A stretch of 47,303 nt of DNA from Octopus bimaculoides (taxonomy: Eukaryota). Each line of letters starts with the position of its first letter. Position 1 is the stretch's first letter. Below the pieces are notes generated by a model. It was not told the DNA's origin, did not search any database, and saw nothing but the letters and a program-made list of their open reading frames with translations. The stretch is from assembly GCF_001194135.2 (NCBI RefSeq), contig NC_068998.1, positions 49,193,763 through 49,241,065 on the forward strand, in the 5' to 3' direction. Of the stretch, positions 1 to 19,467 are shown piece after piece. The translations under genes were made by a program, and so were the position numbers.

Positions 1-1129
1 TATATATATATGTCCTAATTTTGAAACATTACAATCGTCTGGATTTTCTTATATGGTTGAAACTAGCTCAGAAAAAAAAACGCTTAATTTGTCGGACGAA
101 ATAGATACTATTTGAGGTGAATAATTCTAACGTGCTTTATGTAAATCGCCTTCCAACGATTTGAGCCAGTAGATCTATTCAAATCGTCGACTTAAATTTA
201 ATCAAAACTCCTTTCAAATTTGGGAAGAGAATTAGATACTCGTAAATACTTGAATGAGTCTGACGGACTGCTAAATTAAGTGAACGGGCATAAAAATATA
301 AATATAAGACAGTCCAGCTAAAATACACCTTTATTCTCGCATGCACTCCCTTCATAAGCCCAGAAACTATGCTCGTTCCATAACGATTTTGTGCTATGGA
401 TTTTTCGTCACAGATGAATTCATTAAAAAATATGTTTGTGACACCACCTTCGAAAGGCAAATGCACAGCAGCTACCATATATATTATGGTGAAAGTTGTG
501 AACCCCCACGTATCTACACAGTGCGCCGCCTGTAGGCTTTCCAGAAGAATTTCTAGCTCTTTAACCGTTCTCAATGTGAAATATGGAAGAAAAGTAAGCC
601 CGGAGAGACGTCACGTTAACTAACATGCAGTCAGCAACATGTTGATATTGAGGTGTATGAATCGCCAACAAAACTTTGGAATCCGAGAATGTATTAGTAT
701 TTTACAGACAAGTAATTAAATTTCGAATGAAGTATAGCTGTGAAAAGAGCAGAGAAAGATTGTATATTTACTCTTGTATATTTACTCTTACAAGAGTGAA
801 ATATGTTGCCAGCAGGCGTCTATGAGGATTGAAAGGCCGACACCTACCCCACCTCCTCCGATACCTGATAGCCGCTCGAAACTTTTGAAGCTTAGAAATT
901 TACAGGCAAAATGAAGACAGTTACTGTTTACTTTTAAACAATTTATCAAACTCATGTAATAATATAAACAGTTTTCTCTAAATCGTTAAATACTTACAAA
1001 GGAACGTCATAATGCAATTTGTTTAGCTTTGCACCGTTCAAACACATGTTACATCATAATTATAAAAGAAATTGCCACGTTATATCGTCAGAAATTGAGC
1101 AGGCATTGAGTCCAACACGAAAATACGTA

Positions 1130-6911
<5,782 letters not shown>

Positions 6912-7247
6912 TAATCACAGCTGTTATTTTGCTATATATTGAACATTTTCAATGAAATTAAAATAGGTGTACCAAAAAAAAACAAAACAAAAAAACATAC
7001 TACAAATCATCTACGACATAAAAAAGACATTTGCAGTAGCAGCACAGTGTAATTTCATTACACTTGAATGTGGGATTACCATGATATTATATATTACCAT
7101 GGAATATATTAGAAGTATTTACAGTGACAAACATGTAATATATACATGCAATATATACTCAATATATGTTGCAACGTATTTGGAGCATCGTACACTCTAC
7201 AGTAGTAGATTAAGGGGGTGTTTTAAGGCAACAAATATAGAAAATTG

Positions 7248-7253
7248 AATAAA
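7248..7253 (+). other. Candidate polyadenylation signal of P1 (homologous AATAAA at 12998..13003 for P2)
   Basis: AATAAA followed by a T/G-rich tract, in the same context in both paralogs about 340 nt after the stop. The background is AT-rich, so this is weak evidence. Confidence 0.3.
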
Positions 7254-7859
7254 GATTTTGTTGCAGTTGCAATAATGTTATTGGTAGGTTAACTTGCATT
7301 ATACATAGAATATAGCAGTATGCATTTGAATTACAATTACGATTAGAACGTGGAGCTAGATTCATACTACATATACGGTAGCATTATTCCATGCCGTAAT
7401 ATTTTGAATGTATTTCAATGACTTGTGTATCCTTTTAAGAAGAACTATATAACAGATGGTTTACATTTACGTCGCTAATAAAAAGTGTTATCAATGAAAT
7501 GTTCAATGACAATACTGATTATTATGCGAAATCATTCGAAGAGATACGTTTTAAGAATAATATTAGGTACATGTCTTCAAAAAACGGAAATAAAATTACT
7601 TGATATTTTTAATTAATGCCAATGAATCCACATGGGGCCAGAGAAATTTCCTACAAGACAAGGTTGTATTTCCATCGAAATTCGTTTTGGTATCCTAAAA
7701 ATAGAACAGCAACAAGTCTCGTTACAGATGTCTGGGAGTTGAAAGAAACTGAAACAAATAAAATTAAATGTTTGTGTATATATATATAAAGAGAATAGTA
7801 AATAGAGAGGTAGTGGCTGATATTTATTAATTTACATATTGATAATAATTTCTTCCTAG

Positions 7860-8260
7860 AGGTTCTTACGTTTATGCTCGATGGAATTTTGACAAATGTT
7901 TATCAGTAAAAACATTTTCATCTCTCGAATTCAATAGAGAATTCTTCATTTTCATAATATTTTAACATTCTTCCTAGCATAAAAAAATATCCTGTTGCTG
8001 AGCCTATAAGAAGGACCTGAAAAGATAGTCTTCCAAGACATCTTGTAATCTATGTTGTCACTTCTCAGTTCCCAAAACGTTTTTGATAGTCCGGTACTAT
8101 CTTCTTTTCTAGGGTCGTTAAAAGATGATTTATGATTATTTAATCGCAATTTAAATACGATTTGTGTACGACCAATGTAATTGAAAGGACTAATAGATTA
8201 AGAATGAACAACAATTCTTTACAAGCTATGTCCCCAACTAAATTTATACACTTCTTAGAA
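7860..8260 (-). mobile_element. Penelope-like retroelement GIY-YIG endonuclease fragment
   Basis: The minus strand reads NYIGRTQIVFKLRLNNHKSSFNDPRKEDSTGLSKTFWELRSDNIDYKMSWKTI...SY, similar to the YIG-x-T...FK-x-R-x2-NH...T-x-LSK-x2-W pattern of Penelope endonucleases. It is absent from the equivalent P2 3' flank. Confidence 0.75.
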
Positions 8261-9379
8261 GTATAGTATACTCTTAGCAACATTAGTAGCAACGTTGACA
8301 CTTTCTATCTTCTTGCTCTATTAGAGCATTTCAGTAAAATTATATTAATATGTCAATCTGATTAAAAATTCTATTTATTTATTTATGCAGCTGTGAATAG
8401 ACCTGCATGTAAATTGATGTAATGATAGCATTTTCAGTTAAATGGAGCCTCTTGAAACGGTCGTACTGCATCTTCTCTTGATATCCTGTTGTTTATTTTA
8501 ATTTTTTACACCTTAGTTTGACTTGTAGGGATAACACCGCACACATCTATGATATAAATTGAAGTTAGCCGACCGTTGTATTCTTTCTTGTAGATATATA
8601 TATATATATATGTACAATGTTCATGTGTTAAGGGAAAATGTGTTTGTGACGCATTTCACTTAAGAAAGGCAAATTCATAGCAGTTACCATATATCTTATG
8701 GTGAAAGTTTAAAAACTTCCCGTATCTACACACTGCGACGCTTGTAGGCTTCCCAGAAGACTTTCTAGCTCCTTAACCGTTCTCAATGTAAAATATGGAA
8801 GAAAAGTAAGTCCGGACAGACTTAAAGCTGTCACTTTAACTAACATGCAGGCAGTAAAATGGACCTAGTTGAGCCATTAGAGTGCCATCTCAGATGATAT
8901 TCTGGCGTATTAATCGTCAAGAAAAATTTGGAATCGAACCCCAGAATGTATTAGTATTTTACAGACAAGTAATTAAATGCCAAACGAAGTATAGCTGTGA
9001 AAAAAGCAGAGAAAGATTGTATAGTTACTTTTACAAGAGTGAAATATGTTGCCAGCAGGCGTCTATGAAGATTGAAAGGCCGAAACCTACCCCATCTCCG
9101 ATACCTGATAGCCGCTCGACCCTTTTGAAGCTTAGAGATTTACAGGCAAAATGAAGACAGTTACTGTTTACTTTTGAACAATTCATCAAACTCATGTAAT
9201 AATATAAACAATTTTCTCTAAATCGTTAAAGACTTCGAAAATATTACAAAAGACCGTCATAATGCAATTTCTTTAGCTTTGCACCGTTCAAACACATGTC
9301 ACATCATAATTATAAAAGAAGTTGCCACGTTATATCGTCAGAGTTTGTGCAGGCATTGAGAACAACACGAAAATACGTA

Positions 9380-9416
9380 ATGAAATATTCCATATTTATA
9401 TTCTTCGTTCCTTTCC
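9380..9416 (+). CDS. Extra signal-peptide exon 1 upstream of P2 ([12 protein letters not shown]+c), possible alternative first exon
   Basis: 37-nt ATG exon followed by gtaagt, nearly identical to 1130..1166. It lies in a block (about 8665-9470) homologous to about 440-1220. Confidence 0.6.
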
Positions 9417-9471
9417 GTAAGTAGCGAAATGATAAATATTTCTGAATTTTGATATCTAGTTTGCGAGTGTT

Positions 9472-9524
<53 letters not shown>

Positions 9525-10397
9525 CACATACACANNNNNNNNNNNNNNNNNNNNNNNNNNNNNNNNNNNNNNNNNNNNNNNNNNNNNNNNNNNNNNNNNN
9601 NNNNNNNNNNNNNNNNNNNNNNNNNNNNNNNNNNNNNNNNNNNNNNNNNNNNNNNNNNNNNNNNNNNNNNNNNNNNNNNNNNNNNNNNNNNNNNNNNNNN
9701 NNNNNNNNNNNNNNNNNNNNNNNNNNNNNNNNNNNNNNNNNNNNNNNNNNNNNNNNNNNNNNNNNNNNNNNNNNNNNNNNNNNNNNNNNNNNNNNNNNNN
9801 NNNNNNNNNNNNNNNNNNNNNNNNNNNNNNNNNNNNNNNNNNNNNNNNNNNNNNNNNNNNNNNNNNNNNNNNNNNNNNNNNNNNNNNNNNNNNNNNNNNN
9901 NNNNNNNNNNNNNNNNNNNNNNNNNNNNNNNNNNNNNNNNNNNNNNNNNNNNNNNNNNNNNNNNNNNNNNNNNNNNNNNNNNNNNNNNNNNNNNNNNNNN
10001 NNNNNNNNNNNNNNNNNNNNNNNNNNNNNNNNNNNNNNNNNNNNNNNNNNNNNNNNNNNNNNNNNNNNNNNNNNNNNNNNNNNNNNNNNNNNNNNNTAGT
10101 TGTTTATAAGTGCGCAAAAAAATTTGTCTTTTCAAACTTTCGAAGCGTAAAAATTTACGGGCAAAATGAAGACAGTTACTTTTAACTTGTAAACAATTCA
10201 TCAAACGTATGTAATAATATAAACAATTTTCTCGAAATCAATAAATATTTCGGAAATATTAAAAAACAACGTCATAAATCCAATTTATTAGTTTTGTTGC
10301 ACGGTTCAAACACATGTTACATCATAATTATAAAATAATTTGCCACATTATTTCGTCAGAGATTGTGCAAGCATTGAGTCCAACACGAAAATAGACA

Positions 10398-10518
10398 ATG
10401 AAATATTCCATATTTATTTTCTTTGTTGTTTTCCGTAAGTAGCGAAATGATAGATATTTCTGAATTTTGATATCTAGTTGCGAGTGTTATATACATACAC
10501 ACACACAGATATATATAT

Positions 10519-10551
<33 letters not shown>

Positions 10552-10978
10552 NNNNNNNNNNNNNNNNNNNNNNNNNNNNNNNNNNNNNNNNNNNNNNNNN
10601 NNNNNNNNNNNNNNNNNNNNNNNNNNNNNNNNNNNNNNNNNNNNNNNNNNNNNNNNNNNNNNNNNNNNNNNNNNNNNNNNNNNNNNNNNNNNNNNNNNNN
10701 NNNNNNNNNNNNNNNNNNNNNNNNNNNNNNNNNNNNNNNNNNNNNNNNNNNNNNNNNNNNNNNNNNNNNNNNNNNNNNNNNNNNNNNNNNNNNNNNNNNN
10801 NNNNNNNNNNNNNNNNNNNNNNNNNNNNNNNNNNNNNNNNNNNNNNNNNNNNNNNNNNNNNNNNNNNNNNNNNNNNNNNNNNNNNNNNNNNNNNNNNNNN
10901 NNNNNNNNNNNNNNNNNNNNNNNNNNNNNNNNNNNNNNNNNNNNNNNNNNNNNNNNNNNNNNNNNNNNNNNNNNNNNN

Positions 10979-11067
<89 letters not shown>

Positions 11068-12653
11068 AGTGTGTCGGGGGTTTATGTTTCAGTAAGTTTT
11101 TTTTCCTTGCCAAACTAACCTTAGTTATATTTGAAGTAAACTTACTATGCTAAATTCTTGAGGCAGTAACGAAAGAGGATCACGAACAAACACTCAGTGT
11201 TGATTGCCTAATACAGTTTCTATGTTCTTTTCTCTATTTAGATGCTAGGATATTGGCGCTTTACAAAGATTGCATTGGAGAAGCAAGACATAGTTGTTCT
11301 CGATTTGCACACCCTGAACAGACCGCATTATTCTGCATGTATGTATGATCTTACTGCTAGAATCTATGTTAATATTAATATATATTTATAATCTAATTAT
11401 TGACATATATTAATTGTTAGAAAATCTTTCTCGAAATTCTAGATCTATTTACTCAGCTCCAAGACGATGAATGTTCATATATCATTTGGCTAGTACATTA
11501 TAGTACAGCAACTTACGATAGCATAAAGACTGCTCTATGATCTAAACTAATCGGGATTGAACAAATAGCATTTGTGAAATCTATTCTGTTACACTCCTAG
11601 TCAGGATATTGGCAGCTTACTGCAAATATCCTAGCATCTAAATAGAGAAAAGAACATAGACACTGTATTAGGCAATACTCATGTCAATATGAAACATATA
11701 TATCTTTGTTAGTTTTGAATTTAATTTGAATTAATTTACTGTAGTCCTTTACAATTCTTCGAAGAGATAAACATTGGATGATATTAAAACGCACTTTACT
11801 GCGATATGTCTTTTGCCAGAACTACGTAAATATGTTGTAACGTTTTTAAAGGGTGAGTATTGTCTCTTCGTTCTTTCTCCGTGTAACACTTGGTCCCTTG
11901 AAAAAGGAAATTGAGTCCAGAATATATTTGACTCTGGAACATAAAATATATAAACTTCACAATAGTACATGGGTGTATAATATTTTCATCTTCCAGGAGA
12001 TACCAAATGTTATGGAAATGTTTCCATAAGATAGACCCATATTGTATGGAGCAATTCAAATTCATGTATATTCATAAGTGTATGGTAAGTAGCTTAGCTT
12101 ACTATAGTCTTCTTCGTAAAAACAATGAGCGAGTGATAATATGCGCAATATTCTTTAGTTTGTATTTAATTTAAATTATTCCGACCGCAATGCAATGTGT
12201 AGCAATATATTGAATAATAATTGTTTTATTGTAACAATATAAACAATCATATATTTTTTCCTAAAACTGATCCTTGATGGAACAATCGAGCAAGGAAAGA
12301 AAGAATGTGTTACTTAGCTTCGTTTTATTTTCTCGTTAAATACTAAATAATGTGGCACAGGACTTACCGCTGTGACAAACGTATCGAACGGTCATAATTG
12401 CAGTAGTTTTAATAACGTCAACTATCCATGGTGTATTTTTTGTAAGATATATTGTTCACTTTCAAACTAAGTCTCGACAGCAAATTAAATAAAAAAAACA
12501 ATTTTCTTTCAGATTCCAAAGGCTGCGGAAAAACTGAAAAAAAGCTCTGGCAACACTGTTGGGATAAGCACTGCGTTTCTGCTGCCACTGTGTCTTCAGT
12601 ATATAACTACAGCTGCAACAAATGAAGGATATGCCGTTGAAACATTTCTATAA
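10398..12653 (+). CDS. P2: paralog, 120 aa; join(10398..10434,11242..11338,11997..12084,12513..12653)
   Basis: [120 protein letters not shown]. Canonical GT-AG sites, phases 1,2,0. Closest relative is P1. The exon 2 acceptor is unusual in origin (see findings). Confidence 0.8.
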
Positions 12654-14924
12654 TAATCACAGCTATTATTTTGCTATATATTGAACATTTTCAATGAAAT
12701 TACAATAGCTGTACCAAAAACCAAACAAAACATACTGCAAATCATCTACGACATAAAAAAGACATTTGCAGTAGCAGCACAGTGTAATTTCATTGATACA
12801 GTTGTATTACACATGAATGTGGGATTTCCATGGATATTATACATTGCCATGGAATATATTAGAAGTATTGACAGTGACAAACATGTAATATATACATGCA
12901 ATATATACCTAATATACGTAGCAACGTATTTGGAGTATTGTACACTCTACAGTAGTAGATTAAGGGAGTGTTTTAAGGCAACAAATATAGAAAATTGAAT
13001 AAAGATTTTGTTGCAGTTTCAAAAATGTTATTAGTAGATTAACTTGCATTATACATAGAATATAGCAGTATTGATTTCAATTACAATTACGATTAGAATG
13101 TGGTGCTACATTCATATTAGAGACACGGTAGCATTATTCCATGCCGTAATATTTTGAATGTATTTCAATGACTTGTATACCCTTTTAATAAGAAATATAT
13201 AATTGTGATGGTTTATATATACGTTGCTAATAAATGTGTTAGCAATGAAATTTTCAATGACAATACTGATTATTATGCGAAAGCATTCGAAAAGACGATA
13301 TTAGGTAATTATCTCCGAATGAACAAGGATCCCAAAGCATCATGCTCGGTAATTCCCATAGAAAGAGAAATAGTTGTAAGACACTGTATAGCCCCAGATA
13401 TGTTAAAAAAACTGTACGTATACAAACAAAACGTCTCCGTAATGTAATTAAAACATATTCAGGAACAACTTATATGGTAAATATATATACAATACAAGAG
13501 TAGCAAAGTAAAATAGCCTAACTAATTTATCTTAAATATTCTTCGATATAAAATTTCGAATAAAAAACTTTACTTCCACTTATAATTCAAGAGCCAATCT
13601 TTGTTTTCAACTGCTGCTGTGGCACTATTACTTACATACATATAAGAGCATATTATGCTAGAAGTATATATATGTATTATTTTGAAGAAGTTATGCGATG
13701 AATATATCTTTGTGAAATTTCATTGATTTTTACTGTGTCAGTTTTTGTAATTTTCAAATCGTTTTGAATGTAATATTCGAAATGTTCTTATCGAAGAAGT
13801 AACAGAAAAGACGACTCGCAAAATTATGAGACACATATAGAGGCCAGGAAAACTTCTTGCAAGACGAGGGTGTATTCCCATCGAAATGCGTTTCGATACC
13901 ATGAAAATAGAACAGCAACAAGTCTCGCTAAAGATGTCTGGGAGGTGAAAGAAACTGAAACAAGTTAAAGTAAATATGTGTGTATATATACACACATAAG
14001 CAACAAGGATATCCAAAATAAGTAACAAGGATATACAAAGTTCACATTGCTTAAATAAATGGAGTCGCATGAAACGATCGTACTGCATTAACTTTGGATA
14101 TCCTTGTTGGCTTTGATTTAATCACCTTATTTTCGAATTGTATGGATAATACCATACTTAATTCTGGTGCCTAAACTTAAGTATCATATTCACCTTGAAT
14201 ATATATATATATATATATATATANNNNNNNNNNNNNNNNNNNNNNNNNNNNNNNNNNNNNNNNNNNNNNNNNNNNNNNNNNNNATATATGAATAAAAATT
14301 TAAAAAATATATAAATAAGGGTTTTGTATGATCGTGTATAGAGGAATATATTATTTAAAAGAGTTCCAACTCTGTCTGTTTTTTATGTTTTATTTATATT
14401 CTTATAAAATTAATGTGGGACATAGAATATGGAATATATAATATAAATAGTAATATGAAATGAAGTATTGAATGTCTTATTGAATATATGAAATATTGAG
14501 TATTAAATATAGAGTATTAAATCTATAAGGACTAGTATACTTTCCTGCCTCATGGCATTCAGCAAGGTCTCCTCTGACAGATGTACATCTGTAATTTCAA
14601 CCAATCAATGACGTGTATTCAGTTGAATAAAATAGCTGCTGTTGTTTGTCAACATGTTTGTTTTATCTCTCTTTAGCGAAGTGTATTCTCTGTGTTTATT
14701 TAGATATGGATTCGCTGATAAAATTTTGTAGTTCCATCAAAGTGAAAAACCTTTTGCCTGCTAAATTAAATAGTAACTGTCAGAGCATGAATAAAAGTGT
14801 TCTGAGGTGGGCGACAAGCAGAAGGAAGGTAAATTGTAGAGCAAGAAAAATATGCATAAGGGACAAAAGAATAGGATAGAAAAATAGAAAAAAATAGACA
14901 AATAGAAAAAAAAAACCAAATGAA

Positions 14925-15020
14925 ACGCGAGTGGAACTTATGAGTTCAAATTCCACCGATTTGCATTTACTCCTTTCGGGTCATCTTTGGATTTGCCCAC
15001 TTTGGGATCGATAAAATATG
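14925..15020 (+). mobile_element. Degraded fragment of the same SINE
   Basis: gagttcaaattccaccgatttgc...tttgggatcgataaaatatgtac. Confidence 0.5.
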
Positions 15021-15503
15021 TACAAGTCAAGTGCTCGGATAGTTATAAGGGAATATTTATCCCACGCACCGAAATTGCTAACCTTGTCACAAAATTTGAA
15101 ACCAATATTCAGATGGCTTCCCTTCCAGCATTTCATCGAACGTTTCTCAATTAAAACAGTAACCTTTATACTCTACAGTGATGTGGAATGGTTACAAATT
15201 CATAAGGTCTTTCCTTAAAATATATAGAAATAAAAATCGTTAAATTTAGGACGAACACATTGTATATGTAATATTGATCTTCGTTCAGTAAGTACAGGTA
15301 CAACCTGTAATATTATATTTTATATACCCGTCGTGTTGCTGAATGTATAAGAATAAAAAGATGAAAATGTATTACGACATAACATGTCATTGATCAGCTT
15401 TAAATGCTTTCTTCGTTACTTACAACACATGTTACATTATATTCAATAAAAATTGCCACGTGGACGTCGCCAGAATATGAAGATTTGATCTCGAAATTAC
15501 ACA

Positions 15504-15597
15504 ATGAACTATCTTATGGTTATTTTACTTCTCATTTCTGGTAAGTAGCTATATGATAATTATTTTTGAATTAACGTTAATATTTATGGGGTGAGTT

Positions 15598-15629
<32 letters not shown>

Positions 15630-15755
15630 CAAACACACACACACATATACACACACACGCACACACAGGCACACACATATATATGCGATGTAGTAATATA
15701 TCTATACTGTTTCATCCTATTCTCTCTCATTCACTCATACATACTCACTTGCATA

Positions 15756-15786
<31 letters not shown>

Positions 15787-18091
15787 NNNNNNNNNNNNNN
15801 NNNNNNNNNNNNNNNNNNNNNNNNNNNNNNNNNNNNNNNNNNNNNNNNNNNNNNNNNNNNNNNNNNNNNNNNNNNNNNNNNNNNNNNNNNNNNNNNNNNN
15901 NNNNNNNNNNNNNNNNNNNNNNNNNNNNNNNNNNNNNNATATATATATAAATATATATATATATATATGCCGACGCACACACATAAAGACACACACATAT
16001 TCGTATAAATATATATTTCTGTACTTGAAGAAGAATACATGCACAGAATCCTGGAATATCCTTAAGTAACGAACCTGGAAAAGTAGAAGTCAAGAAGAAA
16101 AAAAAAACCTCAAAATATTGCCTTTGTGATTTGGACAAATAGATGGGATAGGATTATTCCACAGGCAAAAGAGAGACCAAATTCAGGTGTGTTGGAATGA
16201 CAAAAGAGAAATGAGACAGCATTTTTAGAGACATAGAAAAAAGACGATTATGCTAGGCACACTGTTAGAAAACAAATACCATGGGATTATTGCTTGCAGG
16301 AAATTAATTAGAAATCCTGAATTCTGTAGACTAAGAATAAAGAGTATTCTAGTAAAATCATTGGTGTTAAAATTCACCAGACATGAAGAGGGTGATTATT
16401 GCTGTTTAATCTGCAGCTAACGATATATCCTGAATCAAAAAGAAACTTTTTATTTTACAGTTTTAATGAGCTAGTGGTTGTCGATCTTGCAAACACCCTT
16501 TAATCTCTTCAAAAGCATCTGTGTAGAATTGTATCAATGTCACGTCTGTGAAGACCCTGCTAAGACTTCAATTCAAAAAACGTCTGTTTTGGGATAAAAA
16601 TTTATAACTTACGAATATAGAAAAGTTCAATTTCTAGAAACACAAGTTTTACGACGGAGTAGTTGTGGATTAATACAATTTTGTACCCAATAGTTGAGAT
16701 GCTGAGACCATTTCAACTTTCAGTTCAATATTATAACGTTCCAAGTTATAGCGAATATGGGAATCCGCGGTGTTTCTGCATTCCTATTAGAAATATGATG
16801 AATGATGATATCTAATACATGGCATGTATACTATCAATTGGCCTTCTTATAACAGTAAAGACACGAGAAATTGACTGATCAGTGTCAAGAAATTACCCAA
16901 CAAGAATAGCTCTCACGAACATTCGGTTCGTCTCTCTGGAGAATAAGGTAAAAGTAATAAGAGAAATCACAGATCGTCATGGAAAGTTCCTTCTTATATA
17001 TCCTCAGAGAAACGCTTAAGAAATGTGATAGATTTAGCGGTCATGAGTTACCAAGATGATGTCATACATCTTACCTTCTACCGGAGACTTAGTATTTATG
17101 CTACGGTCATCGTTGGGATGTGTAAGATAATATTTAATCTGCTTAAGATCATGTAACACCTAAGAAGTATCATCCAGACTCACTAAACTTAAATTCCCCT
17201 CCATATTATGTTTGAGCAAGTTGAATGGAAGACCAATCACGTTTGATTGACCAACAGTAATCCGCAATCAAGGTGACTTTCAGTTTGCCCTAGCATCGTG
17301 TTTCCATTTGCCCTGTAATCGAGATTCCATGATGCATATATCCTAATAGAATTTCTCTCCTTGTTCCTCACTGTCGTCGCCACAGTTGCTGGGGAAGTAT
17401 TTAAGAAGCGAGAGCAAAACATGCGTTCTTACACTCATTGCAGACCCAAGTTGTTGGAAACTGGAAATAAGGTTTTGGGTCATTTTTTCAAACTTATTTA
17501 TGTATGTATATATATTTCTTTTTCATCTATTATTTTGTTGATATCCCCTGGATTTACCAAACACTCAACCGGAATTATGGTTATTTGCATTCATTGTACA
17601 CGAAAATTTACAACATCAAGCCGAGACACGTGTTAAAAGCCTCTTAATTATATGTTAGTTGTTATGGCGCGGTCACTGAAGAGGGATTTTACCAAGCAAA
17701 TTATTTTATTTGCTAAAAAGATCCTGAAATCTTAGGTCTGACCGGAATAAAATAATAACGTAAAAAGTTTTTATTTTTCATTCCTTTTGAAGATTGCTCT
17801 TAAACGTGGATTTGGTCGTTTTGACTACTTCTTCTAGCGTGCAAAAACTACCTGTTGAAGGTAGTTTTCTCTTGTGTTTAAATGTACACTATTTTATATA
17901 TTGAGAAAAAAAATCGTTAGAATTTTGGAAAATTTCCTATTATTTCTTCATTATTACTAACGCTTTCGTTTCTCTCTAGAACTCTTTATTTGGAACGAAA
18001 GCGTTAATAATAATGAAGAAATAAAAGGAGTTTTTTCCCAAAATCCTGACGACTTTTTTTCTCAATATTCAATTCTGTACATCACTTCTAA

Positions 18092-18150
<59 letters not shown>

Positions 18151-19017
18151 CACCCCCTCCGCATATATATATATATATACATATTTACATATCTGTTACC
18201 TAATTATAGAAACATCAGTACAAATTGTGTTCAGAAACATTTAAAGAAATATGAATAGATAAATATTTATTCTTATCTATTTTGAATTTAAGTTGCTTTA
18301 ATTATTCTATTGTTGTCTAAAGATCTCCGAAGGGCTATAATCTCAATAATTTTATAATTGGCAGTGACGTTATGTTTTCTGTTTTGTTGTAGAACTATGT
18401 ACTTGATTTTTGATAACTATATATCTACGATTCTTTATTCTTCCTATTTTTCGGAATCATTTCAAAGGCAAGTGTGAGTCCAGAATAGAGTTGATGTTAA
18501 AATATAAACCATGAAACAATACTTGAATATATAATTTAGATTCCAGTAATTACGAGAATTTTGAGAAATACTTCCGATGGAAAAATCCATATTGTTTAAA
18601 ATGGTACAGAGATAAATTTAATAGCATGCGTTTAGTACGAGGCTTGCATTACTTTAGTTATATTTGTCAAAAACAATCAGTGATTGACAAATTAACGATT
18701 TAAATAGAGTCAGTAGCGATAGAATAATCGTGCAAGGAAAGAAAGATATTTTATTTAGCTAAATTTGTATTTTCTTTCAATTGAATAGTAAAGAATGTGG
18801 TTTAGAACTTATCACAATAGCATAAATGTAACGAAGAGTCATGGCTGCTATATTTTTTAAGAATCTCTCACAAACCATTGTTTCTTATATGTAAGATTTT
18901 TAATCGATCAGAGTATTCTGCACATGCTTATATGTCTGAAAATGTATTATCTTATTTCGAAACTAAGTTTTCACAATAATTCAACATTTATTTCAGGGAG
19001 ACTCTGGTGACAGCGTT
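15504..19017 (+). pseudogene. P3: decayed paralog (exon 1 15504..15540, exon 2 not found, exon 3 18547..18634, exon 4 stub 18997..19017)
   Basis: Exon 1 is MNYLMVILLLIS+g|gtaagt. Exon 3 reads NYENFEKYFRWKNPYCLKWYRDKFNSMRL, with Cys4 changed to Tyr and Cys6 to Arg relative to P4. Exon 4 matches P4 for 7 codons (GDSGDSV), then runs into a Tc1-like remnant. No DC...FC exon 2 is visible between 15960 and 18547, an interval with no gap. An exon 1-to-3 splice would frameshift. Confidence 0.8.
17899..18067. repeat. Imperfect inverted repeat (about 70-bp arms, 23-nt loop), foldback/MITE-like
   Basis: Left arm tattgagaaaaaaaatcgttag...ttatttcttcattattactaacgctttcgtt (17899-17970) pairs with right arm aacgaaagcgttaataataatgaagaaataa...ttttttctcaata (17994-18067). 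Confidence 0.8.
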
Positions 19018-19467
19018 CGAATTAATGCTGGAACGTAACTTTTCCAATGAACTCGTTTCAACATCCGACGAACACCTGATTTGGGGATTCCTATCTCACG
19101 ACTCAATTGTCCTACGGATTACTTTGGAGATCGGGAAAGGATTTCCATTAATTAGATGTGTCTACTGGGGCTGGCGGATGTTCGTGGTCTTCCAGAACGT
19201 TGCTTACTAGCGTTCTGAACAGTTCCATATGCTTCCAATTTATCTCTGATGCGAGTAATAATGCGTCGGGTTGGTGGTGTTTTCTGAAACTGTGTGTAAC
19301 ATTTTCGTGCTTCCAGTAGAACTTTAATATAATCTCTTTTCCTCGAATGTTAGTTGTGCATTTGCCATTGCGAAGGGTTGGTTGCGTCTGAAATAAAATA
19401 AAAAAAACAACAATACATTAGTAATCGTCTGTCAAACAGTGAGTACATCTTTTTGGGACACCCTGTA
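19018..19467 (-). mobile_element. 5' part of a Tc1/mariner-superfamily transposon: one terminal repeat plus degenerate N-terminal HTH region
   Basis: The minus strand begins TA-CAGGGTGTCCCAAAAAGATGTACTCAC, then broken frames MANAQLTFEE..., ITRIRDKLEAYGTVQNASKQRSGRPRTS, EIGIPKSGVRRMLKRVHWKSYVP. It is truncated at the junction with P3 exon 4. Confidence 0.75.

Noticed and set aside
6967-7248. Similar ORFs at 6967..7248 and 12681..12998
   Set aside because: They lie in the duplicated 3' UTR/flank of P1 and P2, start at non-ATG codons and differ by indels. Similarity reflects the segmental duplication.
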